A stretch of DNA of 64,000 nucleotides from Candidatus Multivorans sp. (GCA_965247095.1 OZ251997.1:4096001-4160000); one strand, 5' to 3'; shown: positions 48,806-60,536, counted from the first letter of the stretch. Notes: generated by a model not told the origin, from the letters alone. Translations and numbers: made by a program.

Positions 48806-49792
48806 ATGACCCCCCGTTCCACCGCCGCGCTCCAGGCCGTGGTCGCCGGCATCCTGTTCTCGACCGGCGGGGCCGCGGTCAAGGCGACGGAACTCGATGC
48901 CTGGCAGGTGGCGGGGATGCGGTCCGTCGTCGCGGCCGCGGTGCTGCTGTTGGCGATTCCCGCGGCGCGGCGCTGGACGGGCGGTTCGGGACGGACCGGG
49001 GACGCCGCCGTCTCCGGTTGGTGGCGCAGCGCCGCGCGGCGGCGAGCCCTGCTCCTGACCTTGGGCACCGGCTGCTGCTACTGCCTGACCCTGGTGCTGT
49101 TCGTGCACGCGAACAAGCGGACCACGGCCGCTGAGACGATCTTCCTGCAGTCGACGGCGCCGCTGTTCGTGCTGCTGCTGTCTCCCATCCTGCTGCGGGA
49201 GCGCCCGGGGGCGAGGCAGCTTCTGTTCGTGCCGCTGTTCGGCGCGGGTCTGGTGATGGCCTTCTTCGGCGGCGCCGATGGCGTTGCGACCGCGCCCGAT
49301 CCTCGGACCGGGAACGTCCTCGCCATGTTCTGCGGTCTGGCGTACGGCCTCACCCTGATCGGCCTGCGCGCCGCTGGCCGCCCGCTGTCGGCGGGAGGGG
49401 CGACCGGTACGCGGGGCGAAGTGTCCTCTGCAGGGGACGGTGGCGGTATCCGCGCGCCCGGGATTGCGGCCGCTGCCTGCGGCAACGTGATCGTATGCGT
49501 CGCTTGCCTGCCGGTAATGGCGCCGCTCCGGTCCGCCGATCCGGGCGATCTGGCGATCGTGGCGTTACTCGGGCTGTTCCAGGTCGCTCTCGGCTACGTC
49601 TTCGTGACCCGCGCGGCGCGCATCCTGGAGGCCCCCGTGCTCGCGCTGCTGCTGCTCCTGGAGCCGGCGCTCAGCCCCTTCTGGGCGATGTGGCTCCACG
49701 GCGAGCAGCCGCACCTGCTGACCTGGCTGGGCGGTGGGGTCATAGCAACGGCGACGGTGCTGCTGGCGACGGTGGGGCGAAAGGCGGCGTAG
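48806..49792 (+). CDS. DMT/EamA family transporter
   Basis: About 10 TM; ILFSTGGAAVK, TTAAETIFLQSTAP, LLEPALSPFW...GEQP. Confidence 0.88.
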   Translation: MTPRSTAALQAVVAGILFSTGGAAVKATELDAWQVAGMRSVVAAAVLLLAIPAARRWTGGSGRTGDAAVSGWWRSAARRRALLLTLGTGCCYCLTLVLFVHANKRTTAAETIFLQSTAPLFVLLLSPILLRERPGARQLLFVPLFGAGLVMAFFGGADGVATAPDPRTGNVLAMFCGLAYGLTLIGLRAAGRPLSAGGATGTRGEVSSAGDGGGIRAPGIAAAACGNVIVCVACLPVMAPLRSADPGDLAIVALLGLFQVALGYVFVTRAARILEAPVLALLLLLEPALSPFWAMWLHGEQPHLLTWLGGGVIATATVLLATVGRKAA

Positions 49793-49794
49793 TT

Positions 49795-49828
49795 GCCGGA
49801 TGCGGGCGAGCCGCCCGCGTTCCCAGGG
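49795..49828 (-). repeat. REP-like unit
   Basis: Reverse of CTGGGAACGCGGGCGGCTCGCCCGCATCCGG. Confidence 0.85.
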
Positions 49829-49835
49829 TTGTCTG

Positions 49836-49862
49836 CTAAACAATCGCCTTCAGCGGCGTCTT
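49836..49862 (+). promoter_or_regulatory. Possible ECF-type autoregulatory promoter
   Basis: TAAAC-N15-CGTCTT upstream of the ECF sigma gene, resembling AAC/CGT ECF promoter elements. Confidence 0.35.
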
Positions 49863-49946
49863 CACCACTGAACCCACCCGCGCGCCGGCACCGAGCCGGC
49901 ACGCCCGGAGCCAAGGAGGCGCCGTTTGACGACTGCCACCGTTTCG

Positions 49947-50588
49947 ATGACCACAGAGCCGCCCGCAGCGCCTCCCCCGATGCCGGACTCGACCGGAGCG
50001 GGGCTGCGGGATTTATTCGAAGAGCATCACCGACTCATCTTCCGTACCGCCTGGCGGGTCACCGGCGCCGCGAACGACGCGGAGGATGTCCTGCAGACGA
50101 TCTTCCTGCGGCTTCTGAAGCGGCCCCCCGCGGCGCTGGAGACGGGGAACGCCGGCGGCTACCTGCGGCGGGCGGCGATCAACGCCTCGCTCGACCTGAT
50201 CCGGTCCCGTAAACGCTCCCGTCTCGTGGCGCTCGATCAGCAGATCATCGAGGAAATGGAACCGGCCGGGGACGGAGCGAGCGACCCGGACCGGCGCTTT
50301 GCGGGCCTGGAGCTGCGCGACCGGCTGCGGCGGGAGTTGGCAGGGGTGAACCCGCGGGCGGCGGAGATGTTCGTTCTCCGCTACTTCGAGGGCTACCGGA
50401 ACTCCGAGATCGGGCCCATGCTGGGCACTTCGCGCATGACCGTGGCGGTGACGCTGCATCGCTTGCGCAAGCGTCTGAGACTGGCGCTGGCCGACGAACT
50501 GAATGTGGGCCAAACCGACGACAGGCGCTCCGGACGGGAATCCGGACGGGAAGAGGAAGGACAGGAAGGAACGGAGGTGCAGACGTGA
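49947..50588 (+). CDS. ECF RNA polymerase sigma factor
   Basis: DAEDVLQTIFLRL, YLRRAAINASLDLIR, FVLRYFEGYRNSEIG; start 49926 or 49947. Confidence 0.93.
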   Translation: MTTEPPAAPPPMPDSTGAGLRDLFEEHHRLIFRTAWRVTGAANDAEDVLQTIFLRLLKRPPAALETGNAGGYLRRAAINASLDLIRSRKRSRLVALDQQIIEEMEPAGDGASDPDRRFAGLELRDRLRRELAGVNPRAAEMFVLRYFEGYRNSEIGPMLGTSRMTVAVTLHRLRKRLRLALADELNVGQTDDRRSGRESGREEEGQEGTEVQT

Positions 50589-53332
50589 GCGACCGCAACC
50601 AGATGAATCGGACCCTGATCGAAACCGCACGGGCGATCGCGGCCGAGCAGCCGCCGGCCGATGCCGCCGCAGCGGCAGCGGAACGGGTGCGCAGCGCCCT
50701 CGCCGCCGCCACCGCGGATGCCGTGGCCGTCGCGGACCCGAGCGACGCCGGCGCTACGACGCTGACCCTGACTTCCTGCGCCGACTACCAGGCGCGGATA
50801 CCGGCCCTGGTCGCGGGCACGTTGCCGGAGGCGCAGAGTCTCCTGGTCGAGGATCACAGTCGCGAGTGCATTCCCTGCCGCAAGCACCTGCAGGCCGTGC
50901 GCGCGGGCCGCGCCGTGTCGGAGTGGTCCGGGCCGGCGGCGCCGGCGCGGGTCGGCCGCTACTACGCCGCGGCGGCCGTTGTGCTGGCGGCGGGGGCGGC
51001 TGGCGTCTGGCTCAGCCAGCGAGTGTTGCTGCCGCCGCAAGAAGGCATCGTCCAGGTCCAGAGCGTGGACGGCCGGATGTTCCTCGCCGGTTCCGGCGGC
51101 GCCGACCTCGTGCCGCTTGGGCCCGGTGACGCGATCGACGGCGGTGACCGGATTCGCACCGGCGCCGGCAGCCGCGCGGTGCTCGAACTCGCCGACGGAT
51201 CGCGCATCGAGGCCGCCGGCCTCACCACCTTCCGCGTCGACGCCAGGCGCCGGGGCGACCGCGTCCGGGTCGACCGGGGCAGCGTGATCGTCCAGGCGGC
51301 GAAGCAGGAGAACCGGTCGCTGGTCGTGTCGACCGAGGAGATGCTGGTGTCGGTCAAGGGCACGATCTTCGCCGTCACGCACGGCGTCAAGGGCTCTCGC
51401 GTGTCGGTGATCGAGGGTGAGGTCGAGGTCGAGCAGGGTCGCAAGCGGCAGAGCCTGCTGGCCGGCGATCAACTGCGGAGCCGGACGACCCTGGCCGCGC
51501 TGACCCTCCAGGAAGAGGTCGGCTGGAGCCAGGACGCCGACCGCTACCTGGCGCTGCTGGAAGAGTTCAAGTCGCTGCGCAGCGAGCTGAACCAGTTGAT
51601 GGAGGCGGCCCCGGTTCGCTACTCGACCCGGCTGCTCGACTTGATGCCGAGCGATACGACCGGGTATCTGGCGATGCCGAACGCTTCGGCGACGCTGAGC
51701 GAGATGGTCGAGTTGATCCGTTCCCGGATGGAGTCGAGCGAGTTGCTCGCCGGGTGGTGGGCGGAGCTTGAGGCGTCGGGCGTGGTCGACACGATCGACG
51801 ACCTGGTGGGGAACCTGGGGGAGCTCGGCGACGCGATGGGCGATGAGACCGTCGTTGCCTTTGTCCGCGGTGCCGGCGACGAGACGTTCACGCCGCTGCT
51901 GGTGACCGAAGTGACCGACGCCGCGGCTCTGCGCGAAGCGCTCGAGGGTCACATCGAGGACCTCTCGGAGGGAGGCGACGAAGATCCGATCCGCATCCTC
52001 GACGATCTCGATTCGGCGACCGAGTCCGGCGGCGAACTCCTGGTGTGGATCGCCGACGACATCGCCGCGGCCTCGACCTCGCTCGCGACGGTGCGGACCG
52101 TGGCCGCGAATGCGGATGGCGCCACCAACGCCTTCGTCGGCGCCCGCCTGCACGATCGGCTCGCGGACCGCTACGCCGCGGGCGCCGAGCTGCTCGCGGC
52201 GGTCGACCTGGCGACGTTTGTTTCCGGAATGGGCGATGCTGACGAGGACGAAGATGGCGCTGAAGCGTTCGCGTTCACCGGGCTCGACAAGGTCCAGGAT
52301 CTGGTCGTCTCCCGCACCCAGGACGGCGACCGCGCGAACGTCACCGCGACCCTGACCTTCGACGGCGAGCGTTCCGGAATGATCTCCTGGCTGGCGGAAC
52401 CCGGGGCGAATGGCGCTCTGGACTTCTTCTCGCCCGACGCCTCCTTCGTCAGTGCCGGCGTGATCGAGGATCCGCTCACCATCTACGACGAGTTGTTGGA
52501 TGCCCTGGAGGACGCGGGCGTGGACGACGACGAGGCTCTGGCCGAGATCGAGGCCAAACTCGGCCTTTCCATCCGCAACGACTTCCTGGTGCATCTCGGC
52601 GGCGAGTACGCGGCCGGCATCGACGGGCCGGTGCTGCCGTCGCCGGCCTGGCTGGCGGTGGCGTCGGTCTACAACGCGGAAGCCCTGCAGAGTTCGATCG
52701 AGACGCTGGTGGAGAAGGCGACAGAGCTGCTGGCGGAGGTGGACGGCGCCGGAGACGCCAACGTGACCCTCGAAGAGCAGGAGTCGAACGGTCGCACCGT
52801 GTACCGTCTTGGGCTCGAGTTCGACGACAGCGACGAAGACGGCGGCGATGCCGGCGCCAGCGACGACGGCAAGGAGGACGACGACCTCGACGATGTGCTC
52901 GAGAGCCTCTTGGAAACTCCCGAGATCTTCTACACGTACTTTGATGGGTACATGGTGAGCGCCTCCAGCGTGGCAGCGATCGACACCGCGATCCGGTACC
53001 GGGGCAGTGACGCCTCGCTGACGGACAGCCAGCAGTTCATCGATCTGCTGCCCCCGAATGGGTACATCGACTTCTCCGCGATGGTCTACAACCGGCTTGC
53101 CGAGACGGCGAGTGAACTGTTCGAGCTGTTGCCCACCGGGGTCGTGAACGATGACCAGCAGGAGTTTGTCCAGGCGATCGAGGAATCGCTCAGCAGCCAG
53201 GGGCCGGCCCTCTACACCGTGTACGCGGGCCGCAGCGAGATCGTCGTGACCTCGAGCGGTCCGAGCCTGCTCGCCTTCTCCGGGCTGGGTCAGGTCCTCG
53301 GACTCGGCGCCTTGATGCAAGGATTGGAGTGA
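50585..53332 (+). CDS. Anti-sigma factor: zinc-binding HxxxCxxC, TM, FecR domain and large acidic periplasmic domain
   Basis: DHSRECIPC; TM; [38 protein letters not shown]. Confidence 0.85.
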   Translation: MSDRNQMNRTLIETARAIAAEQPPADAAAAAAERVRSALAAATADAVAVADPSDAGATTLTLTSCADYQARIPALVAGTLPEAQSLLVEDHSRECIPCRKHLQAVRAGRAVSEWSGPAAPARVGRYYAAAAVVLAAGAAGVWLSQRVLLPPQEGIVQVQSVDGRMFLAGSGGADLVPLGPGDAIDGGDRIRTGAGSRAVLELADGSRIEAAGLTTFRVDARRRGDRVRVDRGSVIVQAAKQENRSLVVSTEEMLVSVKGTIFAVTHGVKGSRVSVIEGEVEVEQGRKRQSLLAGDQLRSRTTLAALTLQEEVGWSQDADRYLALLEEFKSLRSELNQLMEAAPVRYSTRLLDLMPSDTTGYLAMPNASATLSEMVELIRSRMESSELLAGWWAELEASGVVDTIDDLVGNLGELGDAMGDETVVAFVRGAGDETFTPLLVTEVTDAAALREALEGHIEDLSEGGDEDPIRILDDLDSATESGGELLVWIADDIAAASTSLATVRTVAANADGATNAFVGARLHDRLADRYAAGAELLAAVDLATFVSGMGDADEDEDGAEAFAFTGLDKVQDLVVSRTQDGDRANVTATLTFDGERSGMISWLAEPGANGALDFFSPDASFVSAGVIEDPLTIYDELLDALEDAGVDDDEALAEIEAKLGLSIRNDFLVHLGGEYAAGIDGPVLPSPAWLAVASVYNAEALQSSIETLVEKATELLAEVDGAGDANVTLEEQESNGRTVYRLGLEFDDSDEDGGDAGASDDGKEDDDLDDVLESLLETPEIFYTYFDGYMVSASSVAAIDTAIRYRGSDASLTDSQQFIDLLPPNGYIDFSAMVYNRLAETASELFELLPTGVVNDDQQEFVQAIEESLSSQGPALYTVYAGRSEIVVTSSGPSLLAFSGLGQVLGLGALMQGLE

Positions 53333-54279
53333 CCGCCGCGCCGCCGGTCATCGACCTCGAGGCCTTAAGCGTCCGCTTCGGCCGGCACCAGGTCCTTGAC
53401 GACCTGCGCGGCGCCTTCTCGGGCCGCGCGATCGGTCTCCTGGGGCCGAACGGCGCCGGCAAGACGACGCTTCTGAACACCTTGCTCGGCTTCTACAAGC
53501 CGACTGCCGGCACCGCCCGCCTGTTCGGCATGGACATCACGGCCCAGGGCCGGGATCTGCGGCGCCAGGTCGGCTACATGCCCGAGCGGGACGCCTTCAT
53601 CGCCGGCATCTCCGGCGTCCGCTTCGTGCGGCTGATGGCGGAGCTCTCCGGGCTGCCGCCCGAGGCCGCTCTGGAGCGCGCCCACGAGGTCTTCTTCTAC
53701 GTCGGCCTGGGCGAGGCCCGGTACCGCAACGTGGAGACGTATTCGCTGGGCATGAAGCAACTGCTCAAGCTGGCGCAGGCGATCGTCCACGGGCCGAGCC
53801 TCCTCTTCCTCGACGAACCGACCAACGGGCTCGACCCGCCGGCGCGCCTCCGCATGCTGCGCCTGATCCGGGAGATCCGCGATTCGGGCAAGGCGAATGT
53901 CGTCGTCTCGTCCCATCTGCTGCGCGACGTGGAGGAGTGCTGCGAGGAAGTACTGGTGCTGAACCGGGGGCGGATCGCCACCTACTGCAACCTGGCCGAA
54001 GAGCGTCGCTCCAACCGGCGTTTCCTCGAGCTCGACCTGGGCGCCGAGCGCGAAGGTGCGGGAAGCGCCTTCCGGGCCGCGATCGAGGGGCTCGGCTGCG
54101 AGGTCGCGGTGGTCAACCGCCGCCGGATCAAGGCCGTGCTGCCGCCGGGCATCGAGGTGCGCCACATCTACGCCTCGGCGATCGAGCAGGATGTGACCAT
54201 TCGCCGGCTGGACTACAAGCGCACTTCGCTCGAGGACATCTTCCTCAAGGCGATGGAGGGCGACGATGGCCGTCTATGA
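53329..54279 (+). CDS. ABC transporter ATP-binding protein
   Basis: [31 protein letters not shown]. Confidence 0.95.
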   Translation: MTAAPPVIDLEALSVRFGRHQVLDDLRGAFSGRAIGLLGPNGAGKTTLLNTLLGFYKPTAGTARLFGMDITAQGRDLRRQVGYMPERDAFIAGISGVRFVRLMAELSGLPPEAALERAHEVFFYVGLGEARYRNVETYSLGMKQLLKLAQAIVHGPSLLFLDEPTNGLDPPARLRMLRLIREIRDSGKANVVVSSHLLRDVEECCEEVLVLNRGRIATYCNLAEERRSNRRFLELDLGAEREGAGSAFRAAIEGLGCEVAVVNRRRIKAVLPPGIEVRHIYASAIEQDVTIRRLDYKRTSLEDIFLKAMEGDDGRL

Positions 54280-55138
54280 CCACGGCTACAGAGGCTACGG
54301 CGGGCCCCTGATGCCGGCGCGTAGCCGGTTCCTCGTCATCAGCCGGTACGGACTGCGCGACGTGTTCGCTTCGCGGTTGTTCCTGGCGTTCTTCGCCTTC
54401 TGCTTCGCCTGGCCTCTGCTTCTGCTGGTGGCCATGTACCTGCGCTACAACGCGGAGGCGCTGGCCCTCACGAACATCAGCGCGACCGACCTGCTGGAGT
54501 TCGTCGAGGTCAACACCTGGTTCTTCCAGAGCCTGTTCCTGCGCTCTCAGTTGTACCTGGCGTTCGTCGTCGTCCTGATCGTTGGGCCGTCGCTGTTGTC
54601 GGCGGATCTGCGCAACCGGGCCATGCCGCTCTATCTCTCGCGTCCGCTGACGCGGACCGACTACGTGCTGGGCAAGTTCCTGGTCCTGGCGTTCCTGATC
54701 TCCGCGATCACCTGGGTGCCGGGGCTGCTCTTGTTCGCCATCCAGGCCTCCCTCGGCGGGAGCGAGTGGTTGCAGGAGCACTGGAGAGTGGCGCCGTCCC
54801 TGGTCGTCGTGTCGGCGGTGTGGACGGTCTGCATGTCGCTGCCCATGCTGGCCATCGCCGCCTGGGTGAAGTGGAAGCCCTGGGCGCGGATCGTGTTCAT
54901 GGGCGCCATCCTGACCGGCGCCGCCTTCGGCTCGTTCTACAGGGAGTTCTACGACTCGTGGTGGGGCAGCATGGTGGTGGCGTTCGACGTGACCGCCGCG
55001 CTCTCCGCCTCCGTGTTCGGCACCGAAGGGAACGTCCAGATGCCGGCCGCGGCCGCGTGGTTGGCTGCGGCCGGGCTGGCCGCGTTGTCGGCGGCGTTGC
55101 TCTACCGGCGGGTGCGTGCCTTCGAGGTCGTCTCGTGA
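54266..55138 (+). CDS. ABC-2 type permease
   Basis: About 6 TM; [16 protein letters not shown]. Confidence 0.88.
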   Translation: MAVYDHGYRGYGGPLMPARSRFLVISRYGLRDVFASRLFLAFFAFCFAWPLLLLVAMYLRYNAEALALTNISATDLLEFVEVNTWFFQSLFLRSQLYLAFVVVLIVGPSLLSADLRNRAMPLYLSRPLTRTDYVLGKFLVLAFLISAITWVPGLLLFAIQASLGGSEWLQEHWRVAPSLVVVSAVWTVCMSLPMLAIAAWVKWKPWARIVFMGAILTGAAFGSFYREFYDSWWGSMVVAFDVTAALSASVFGTEGNVQMPAAAAWLAAAGLAALSAALLYRRVRAFEVVS

Positions 55139-56103
55139 GCCGTAACGCCCCAGGCGATCGCAACATCGTCCTGCGCGATGTCTCGAAGTTCTACGGCGAC
55201 GTGCTGGGCGTCAACCGGGTCGACCTGGTGATCGAGCCCGGGATCACCAGCCTGGTGGGGCCGAACGGCTCGGGCAAGAGCACTCTGATGAACCTGCTCG
55301 CGGGCTTGCTGCGGCCGACCCGGGGCGAGATCAGCATTCTCGGCGTGCCGCTCGGCCGACCGCAGGACCTGTTCCGGCACTTCGGCTACTGCACGCAGTA
55401 CGACTCCTTCCCGCGGGGCGTGACCGGCTGGCAGTTCGTGTTCTCCTACCTGCTGCTTCACGGCCTGGACCGCAACGAAGCCGAGCGGCTCACGGCGCGA
55501 GCGCTGGAGCGGGTCGGACTGGTCGACTCGGCGCACCGCCGGATCGCCGGCTACAGCAAGGGCATGCGGCAGCGGATCAAGCTGGCCCAGGCGATCGCGC
55601 ACGAGCCCCAGGTCATGGTGCTCGACGAGCCGCTCAACGGCCTCGATCCGATGGTGCGCGCCGAGACGATCGAACTGTTCCGTCGACTGGCGCGCGAAGG
55701 CCAGCACGTGCTCATCTCGAGCCACATCCTGCACGAGGTCGACCTGCTCTCGGACCGCGTGATCCTGATCTCGAACGGCTACATCGTGGCGGAAGGCGAA
55801 GTGCCCGGCATGCGGGCCGAGGTCGAGGAGGTCCGCGAACGGCCGATGCAGGTCTTTGTGCGCTGCAACCGTCCGCAGTGGCTCGCCGGCCGCGCCTTCG
55901 AGCTCGACCACGTCACCGAGGTCCAGCTCCACGACGACGGGAACGGCCTCCACCTGCGCACGCGCGACGCGGACCGCTTCCTGCGCCTGGTCGGTCAACT
56001 GGTCGCCGAGGGCGGCGTCGAAGTCGAGGCGGTGGGCCCCGCGGACAGCGACCTGCAGGCCGTTTACCGCTACCTGATGACCGACGAGGAGGAACCGTCG
56101 TGA
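55135..56103 (+). CDS. ABC transporter ATP-binding protein
   Basis: [27 protein letters not shown]; GTG start overlapping previous stop. Confidence 0.95.
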   Translation: MSRNAPGDRNIVLRDVSKFYGDVLGVNRVDLVIEPGITSLVGPNGSGKSTLMNLLAGLLRPTRGEISILGVPLGRPQDLFRHFGYCTQYDSFPRGVTGWQFVFSYLLLHGLDRNEAERLTARALERVGLVDSAHRRIAGYSKGMRQRIKLAQAIAHEPQVMVLDEPLNGLDPMVRAETIELFRRLAREGQHVLISSHILHEVDLLSDRVILISNGYIVAEGEVPGMRAEVEEVRERPMQVFVRCNRPQWLAGRAFELDHVTEVQLHDDGNGLHLRTRDADRFLRLVGQLVAEGGVEVEAVGPADSDLQAVYRYLMTDEEEPS

Positions 56104-56954
56104 CCGTGGCGCCTGAGACTGCACCCCGCGCGGGCGTCGACTGGAAGCGCCTCGGCCGGCAGATCGGCGGCCTCGTGCGCCTGGAACTGCGCCGGCTGCT
56201 GCTAACCCGCCGGTCGGTGATCCTGGGGCTGGCCGCGCTGGTGCCGGCGGGGATCGTTCTGCTGGTCGGCTCGATTCCCATCGACGGGCAGACGGTGCTG
56301 GAGCGGTTCGGCAATCGCACGGTGTACGAGACCATCTTCGAGACCGTCTTCCTCGGCGCGATCCTGTTCTTCGGTTGCCTGTACGTGTTCTTCAACCTGT
56401 TCCGCGGCGAGATCCTCGAGCGCAGCCTCCACTACCTGCTGCTGACGCCGCTTCGCCGCGAGGTCGTGGTGGTGGCGAAGTACGTCGCCGCGTTGACTGC
56501 CGTGGCGGCGCTGTTCATGGCCAGCACGGTTCTCAGCTACCTGTTGATCTACCTGCCGGTGGGTATCTCGGGCGCCGTCGACGATCTGACAGCCGGCCCG
56601 GGCGGCGCGCATCTCGTCGCCTACCTCGGCGTCACCCTGCTCGCGTGCATCGGCTACGGCTCTCTGTTCACGCTGATCGGCATGGTGTTCCGGAACCCGA
56701 TCATCCCGGCCGGCGCCCTCTACCTGTGGGAGATGCTGCACTTCCTGCTGCCGCCGGCGCTCAAGAAGCTCAGCGTCATCCACTACCTGAAGGGCCTGCT
56801 GCCCGTGCCCCTTTCCGACGGCCCGTTCGCCGTGGTCGTCGAACCGCCGCCGGTGGCCGTCTCCGTCCTCGGCCTGCTCGCCCTGACCGCCGTCGTCCTG
56901 GCCGTGACCGCCCTGGTCGTCCGCCGCATGGAGATCCGGTACACCGAGGACTGA
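56100..56954 (+). CDS. ABC-2 type permease
   Basis: About 6 TM; [21 protein letters not shown]. Confidence 0.88.
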   Translation: MTVAPETAPRAGVDWKRLGRQIGGLVRLELRRLLLTRRSVILGLAALVPAGIVLLVGSIPIDGQTVLERFGNRTVYETIFETVFLGAILFFGCLYVFFNLFRGEILERSLHYLLLTPLRREVVVVAKYVAALTAVAALFMASTVLSYLLIYLPVGISGAVDDLTAGPGGAHLVAYLGVTLLACIGYGSLFTLIGMVFRNPIIPAGALYLWEMLHFLLPPALKKLSVIHYLKGLLPVPLSDGPFAVVVEPPPVAVSVLGLLALTAVVLAVTALVVRRMEIRYTED

Positions 56955-56964
56955 CCGCCGCCCC

Positions 56965-57051
56965 CCCTGGGAACCCGTGTGGCGCGACATCGCGGATCCT
57001 GGGAACGCGGGCATCCTGCCCGCATCCGGGCGACGCCGCGAAGCGGCGAGC
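56965..57051 (+). repeat. Composite REP-like element
   Basis: CTGGGAACCCGTGTGGCGCG...CTGGGAACGCGGGCATCCTGCCCGCATCCGG...GCCGCGAAGCGGCGAG. Confidence 0.85.
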
Positions 57052-57077
57052 CCGTCACATCTGCCACCATAGGCCCT

Positions 57078-57503
57078 ATGGCCACGCTCGACATCGGCGG
57101 CCTCGCGATTCCCGAAGCGGCGCTCACCTTCAAGTTCGTCCGCTCCTCCGGCCCGGGCGGACAGAACGTGAACAAGGTCGCGACGGCCGCGCAGTGCCGC
57201 CTCGACCTCGACGCGGCCGGCATCGAAGGCCCGCTGCGCCTTCGCTTGGAGGGCGTGGCCGGCAAGCGTCTCACCGTCGCCGGCGAGATCGTCGTGTCCG
57301 CCGACACCCACCGCACCCAGGCGCGCAACCGAGCCGAGGCGCTCTCGCGGCTCGCTGCGATGATCGAAGAGGCGCGCGTCGAGCCGAGGCCGCGCCGGCC
57401 GACGCGGCCCTCAGCCCGCGCCAAGGCGAAGAGGCTGGAGGCGAAGAGGCATCGCGGCGAGACCAAGAAGCGCCGCGGTGCGGTGGATGCCGGTGAGGAG
57501 TAG
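57078..57503 (+). CDS. arfB: Alternative ribosome rescue peptidyl-tRNA hydrolase
   Basis: RSSGPGGQNVNKV, RTQARNR, basic tail RRPTRPS...KRLEAK. Confidence 0.95.
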   Translation: MATLDIGGLAIPEAALTFKFVRSSGPGGQNVNKVATAAQCRLDLDAAGIEGPLRLRLEGVAGKRLTVAGEIVVSADTHRTQARNRAEALSRLAAMIEEARVEPRPRRPTRPSARAKAKRLEAKRHRGETKKRRGAVDAGEE

Positions 57504-57515
57504 AACCCGCCGCGA

Positions 57516-57914
57516 CTACCGCAGCGCCTTCCGGCACGAGACGGTCGTGAACCGCCCGCGGTCCGCGGTCTCCAGGTCGATCTCGATGTCCTGGCCGCGA
57601 GTCAGCTCATCCCACACTGGATGGTCGAGCTGAGGGCAGGCGATCTCGGCGGTCATTCGGTCTCGCTGGCGGCCGGTCATGTTCATCAGGTCGCCGGCGA
57701 ACTCGGGGATCACCTGGACCCGGTGAATGAGACGGTCCACCCGTTCCAGTTCTCGGCCTACCCACACCCGGCTCCAGCCCGGACGCAACCGTGTGGGCGG
57801 GAAGTCCTGACCGTGGCGGTAGACCAGGTCGGCGCTGACGTGGGGCGCCGTGTTGCAGGCCGCGGGCAACAGGACGGCGACGAGCAGCGGCAGGGGTAGA
57901 AGCAAGCGGCGCAT
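57516..57914 (-). CDS. Hypothetical lipoprotein
   Basis: MRRLLLPLPLLVAVLLPAAC lipobox. Confidence 0.7.
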   Translation of the reverse strand: MRRLLLPLPLLVAVLLPAACNTAPHVSADLVYRHGQDFPPTRLRPGWSRVWVGRELERVDRLIHRVQVIPEFAGDLMNMTGRQRDRMTAEIACPQLDHPVWDELTRGQDIEIDLETADRGRFTTVSCRKALR

Positions 57915-57959
57915 AGCGGCGGACAAACTACCGCACTCTGCCGGAACGCGACAGTGCAC

Positions 57960-58004
57960 CCCTGGGCGCGGGCGTCTCGCCCGCATCCGGCGCTGCGGGC
58001 GCCC
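57960..58004 (+). repeat. REP-like unit
   Basis: CCTGGGCGCGGGCGTCTCGCCCGCATCCGGCGC. Confidence 0.8.
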
Positions 58005-58021
58005 AAGGCTATGCTTCGCCG

Positions 58022-59362
58022 ATGAAATCGACAGCGCTCGCAGCAGCGTTGGCGCTTACCCTCGCGGTGCCCGTCGCACAAGCCGACGACTGGCCGCAGT
58101 GGCGCGGCGCCGAACGCCGCGGCGTCTGGCACGAGGAAGGCATCCTCGACCGCTTCCCCGAGGACGGTCTCCGCTTCGTCTGGCGAGCGGCGATCGGCCC
58201 GGGCTACGGCGGCCCGGCGGTGGCCGCCGGCCGCGTGTTCGTGACCGACTTCGAACGGTTGCCCGGGAACCGCGGCCGTGAGCGCCTGGTCGTGCTCGAG
58301 GAGACCACCGGGAAGCAACTCTGGGAGCACTCCTGGGAGACCGACCTCGCCGGTCTCATGCCCGCCTACTCGAACGGCCCGCGGGCCACACCGACCGTCG
58401 ACGGCGACCGCGCCTACGTGCTCGGGTCGGCCGGCTACCTGGCCGCCCTTGCGGTCGAGGACGGCCGCGTGCTCTGGCAGGTCGACCTGGTGGCGGACTA
58501 CGAAGCCCCGGTGCAGCCGTGGGGCTTCGTCGGCGCGCCGCTGGCCGATGGCCGCCAGATCATCACCCTCGTAGGGGCTGAGCCCGACGCCATGGTCGTG
58601 GCCTTCGATCGCGACTCGGGCGAAGAACTCTGGCGGTCGATGGAGGCGCTCAACGAGCCTGGCTACAACCCGCCTGTGATCTACGAACTCGGCGGCCGCC
58701 GGCACCTCATCATCTGGCATCCCAAGGGGATCGCGGGCCTCGACCCGGACGGCGGCGAGGTGCTCTGGCAGTTCCCCTACGAGGTGGAGTACGGGCAGAC
58801 CATCGCGACCCCGATCCAGCAGGGAAACCAGCTCCTTGTGTCGTCCGCGTCGCACGGCTCGACCCTGATCGAGGTCGCCGCCGCGGACCGCGCTTCCGGC
58901 TCGAGCAAGCCGCAGGCCAGGATCGTCTGGCAGGGGAAGAGCGCCAGTAAGCAGGATGTCGACGGCCTGCATGCCTTCAACTCGACGCCTGCCTTCGACG
59001 GCGACACGATCTACGGCATCGGCGGCCTGGGCGCCCTGCGCGCCATCGACCGCGCCACCGGCAAGGAGGTTTGGGCGACCTTCGAACCCAGCGAGGACGC
59101 CCGCATCGCCACCGCGTTCCTGGTCAAGAGCGGCGACCGCTACTTCATCAGCAACGACCGCGGCGAACTGATGATCGCCCTTCTCAGCCGCGACGGCTAC
59201 CACGAGATCGACCGCACCAAGCTGCTCGAGCCAACCACTCGCAGCGCCCGCGTCCGCCGCGAACTGGGCAAGCTGCTCTGGGTCCACCCCGCCTACGCCA
59301 ACGGCCACATCGTGCACCGGAACGACCAGGAGATCGTGCGGGCGTCACTACTGGCGGAGTAG
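58022..59362 (+). CDS. PQQ-binding-like beta-propeller repeat protein
   Basis: Signal peptide; DWPQWRG, GPRATP, repeated G.xLW blades, WVHPAYANG. Confidence 0.9.
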   Translation: MKSTALAAALALTLAVPVAQADDWPQWRGAERRGVWHEEGILDRFPEDGLRFVWRAAIGPGYGGPAVAAGRVFVTDFERLPGNRGRERLVVLEETTGKQLWEHSWETDLAGLMPAYSNGPRATPTVDGDRAYVLGSAGYLAALAVEDGRVLWQVDLVADYEAPVQPWGFVGAPLADGRQIITLVGAEPDAMVVAFDRDSGEELWRSMEALNEPGYNPPVIYELGGRRHLIIWHPKGIAGLDPDGGEVLWQFPYEVEYGQTIATPIQQGNQLLVSSASHGSTLIEVAAADRASGSSKPQARIVWQGKSASKQDVDGLHAFNSTPAFDGDTIYGIGGLGALRAIDRATGKEVWATFEPSEDARIATAFLVKSGDRYFISNDRGELMIALLSRDGYHEIDRTKLLEPTTRSARVRRELGKLLWVHPAYANGHIVHRNDQEIVRASLLAE

Positions 59363-59375
59363 GCACTCTCCGCCA

Positions 59376-59428
59376 CTGGGTGCGCCGGCGCCCCCGCCGG
59401 CATCCGGGCCGAGCCGCGAAGCGGCGAG
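59376..59428 (+). repeat. REP-like unit with compensated stem
   Basis: CTGGGTGCGCCGGC-N6-GCCGGCATCCGG...GCCGCGAAGCGGCGAG. Confidence 0.75.
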
Positions 59429-59429
59429 G

Positions 59430-60218
59430 CTACGCCTCCGGCCCGCCGGAGTCCCCCGTAACACCCACCGACCCTGCACCCACCACCATCGCGCCCTCCC
59501 GCCGCCTCCGCCGGGCACGAGACACCGCTAAGGTCACCAATCCCACAACCAGCACCGCCACAGGCATGAATAGGGTCACCGTGGTCATGAGCGACTCGGG
59601 CTCGTCCTCGATCTGCTTCAACCCGTCCCGGGCAAAGTGCAGGAAGAAGATGGCCGTAGCCGGCACGCTGAACCAGGGATCGCGAAGAGTGGCTTCGACA
59701 GGCGACAACGGCTCGACCGCCGTCTGCGCCTCAACCGGTCTGTCCGAGTCATCCTCATCCTTGCTCTTCGAGCCCTTCTTGGAGGCACCTCCGCCGATCA
59801 GACCGAACGCCATGGCCAGCGTCGCGATGCCCAGGGACGCCAGGAACCACACCGCCCGCTCGGTTTGCGGCGGCTCGGCTACCAGATCCAGAACGAACCG
59901 GCTGGCCAGGATGAACACGCAGAAGATCGCCGGGATCTGGTACCACGGGTCGGAGAACAGCGTCGACTCGTGCCACACGGGGCCCGTCGTGGTTGCCGTC
60001 CCTTCGTTGCTCCGCTCGACCCCGGACGGTTTCAGGACGGCCCTCAGGGTTGCCAGAGCCGCTGTTGCCAGAGCCGCTGCGTACGCCATCGAGACGGTGG
60101 ATGTGCGGAGCGCCTCGATGCTCAAGAGGCCGGCGTCCTGACCTACCCAAAAGAGCCCCATCAAGACGGCGAACCTTGCCGACGGCTTGGACTCGTCGTG
60201 CTTGTCCTTTGCGGTCAC
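59430..60218 (-). CDS. Hypothetical 6-TM membrane protein (paralogue family, copy 1)
   Basis: Three TM pairs; LFSDPWYQIPA and LRDPWFSVPA internal repeats; LVAEPP...WFLASL. Confidence 0.7.
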   Translation of the reverse strand: MTAKDKHDESKPSARFAVLMGLFWVGQDAGLLSIEALRTSTVSMAYAAALATAALATLRAVLKPSGVERSNEGTATTTGPVWHESTLFSDPWYQIPAIFCVFILASRFVLDLVAEPPQTERAVWFLASLGIATLAMAFGLIGGGASKKGSKSKDEDDSDRPVEAQTAVEPLSPVEATLRDPWFSVPATAIFFLHFARDGLKQIEDEPESLMTTVTLFMPVAVLVVGLVTLAVSRARRRRREGAMVVGAGSVGVTGDSGGPEA

Positions 60219-60294
60219 GATGTCGGCACCGAGTTGCGGTGGCCGGTCAGGCTAACGCATTCCGGCCGAGCCTCGTGTGAGCTAACTTCGGCAC

Positions 60295-60534
60295 ATGCGG
60301 TTGCACATCGTCCTGGACGACGACCTGGTGGCCGAGATCGACCGGCGCGCCGGTCCCAGGCAGCGCAGCGCCTTCATCGCTCAACTGATCCAACGGGGAC
60401 TCGACGACGAGCGGCGCCGGGATGACATCGAAGCGGCGCTCGGCGGCATCTCCGACACCGGCCACGACTGGGACGACGACCCGGCGGAGTGGGTACGGCG
60501 CCAGCGACGCGGCGACCGCCACCGTTCAGGCTGA
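60295..60534 (+). CDS. Ribbon-helix-helix antitoxin (VapB-like)
   Basis: MRLHIVLDDDLVAEIDRRAG...RSAFI...DDDPAEWVRRQR; precedes a PIN gene. Confidence 0.82.
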   Translation: MRLHIVLDDDLVAEIDRRAGPRQRSAFIAQLIQRGLDDERRRDDIEAALGGISDTGHDWDDDPAEWVRRQRRGDRHRSG

Positions 60535-60536
60535 CC

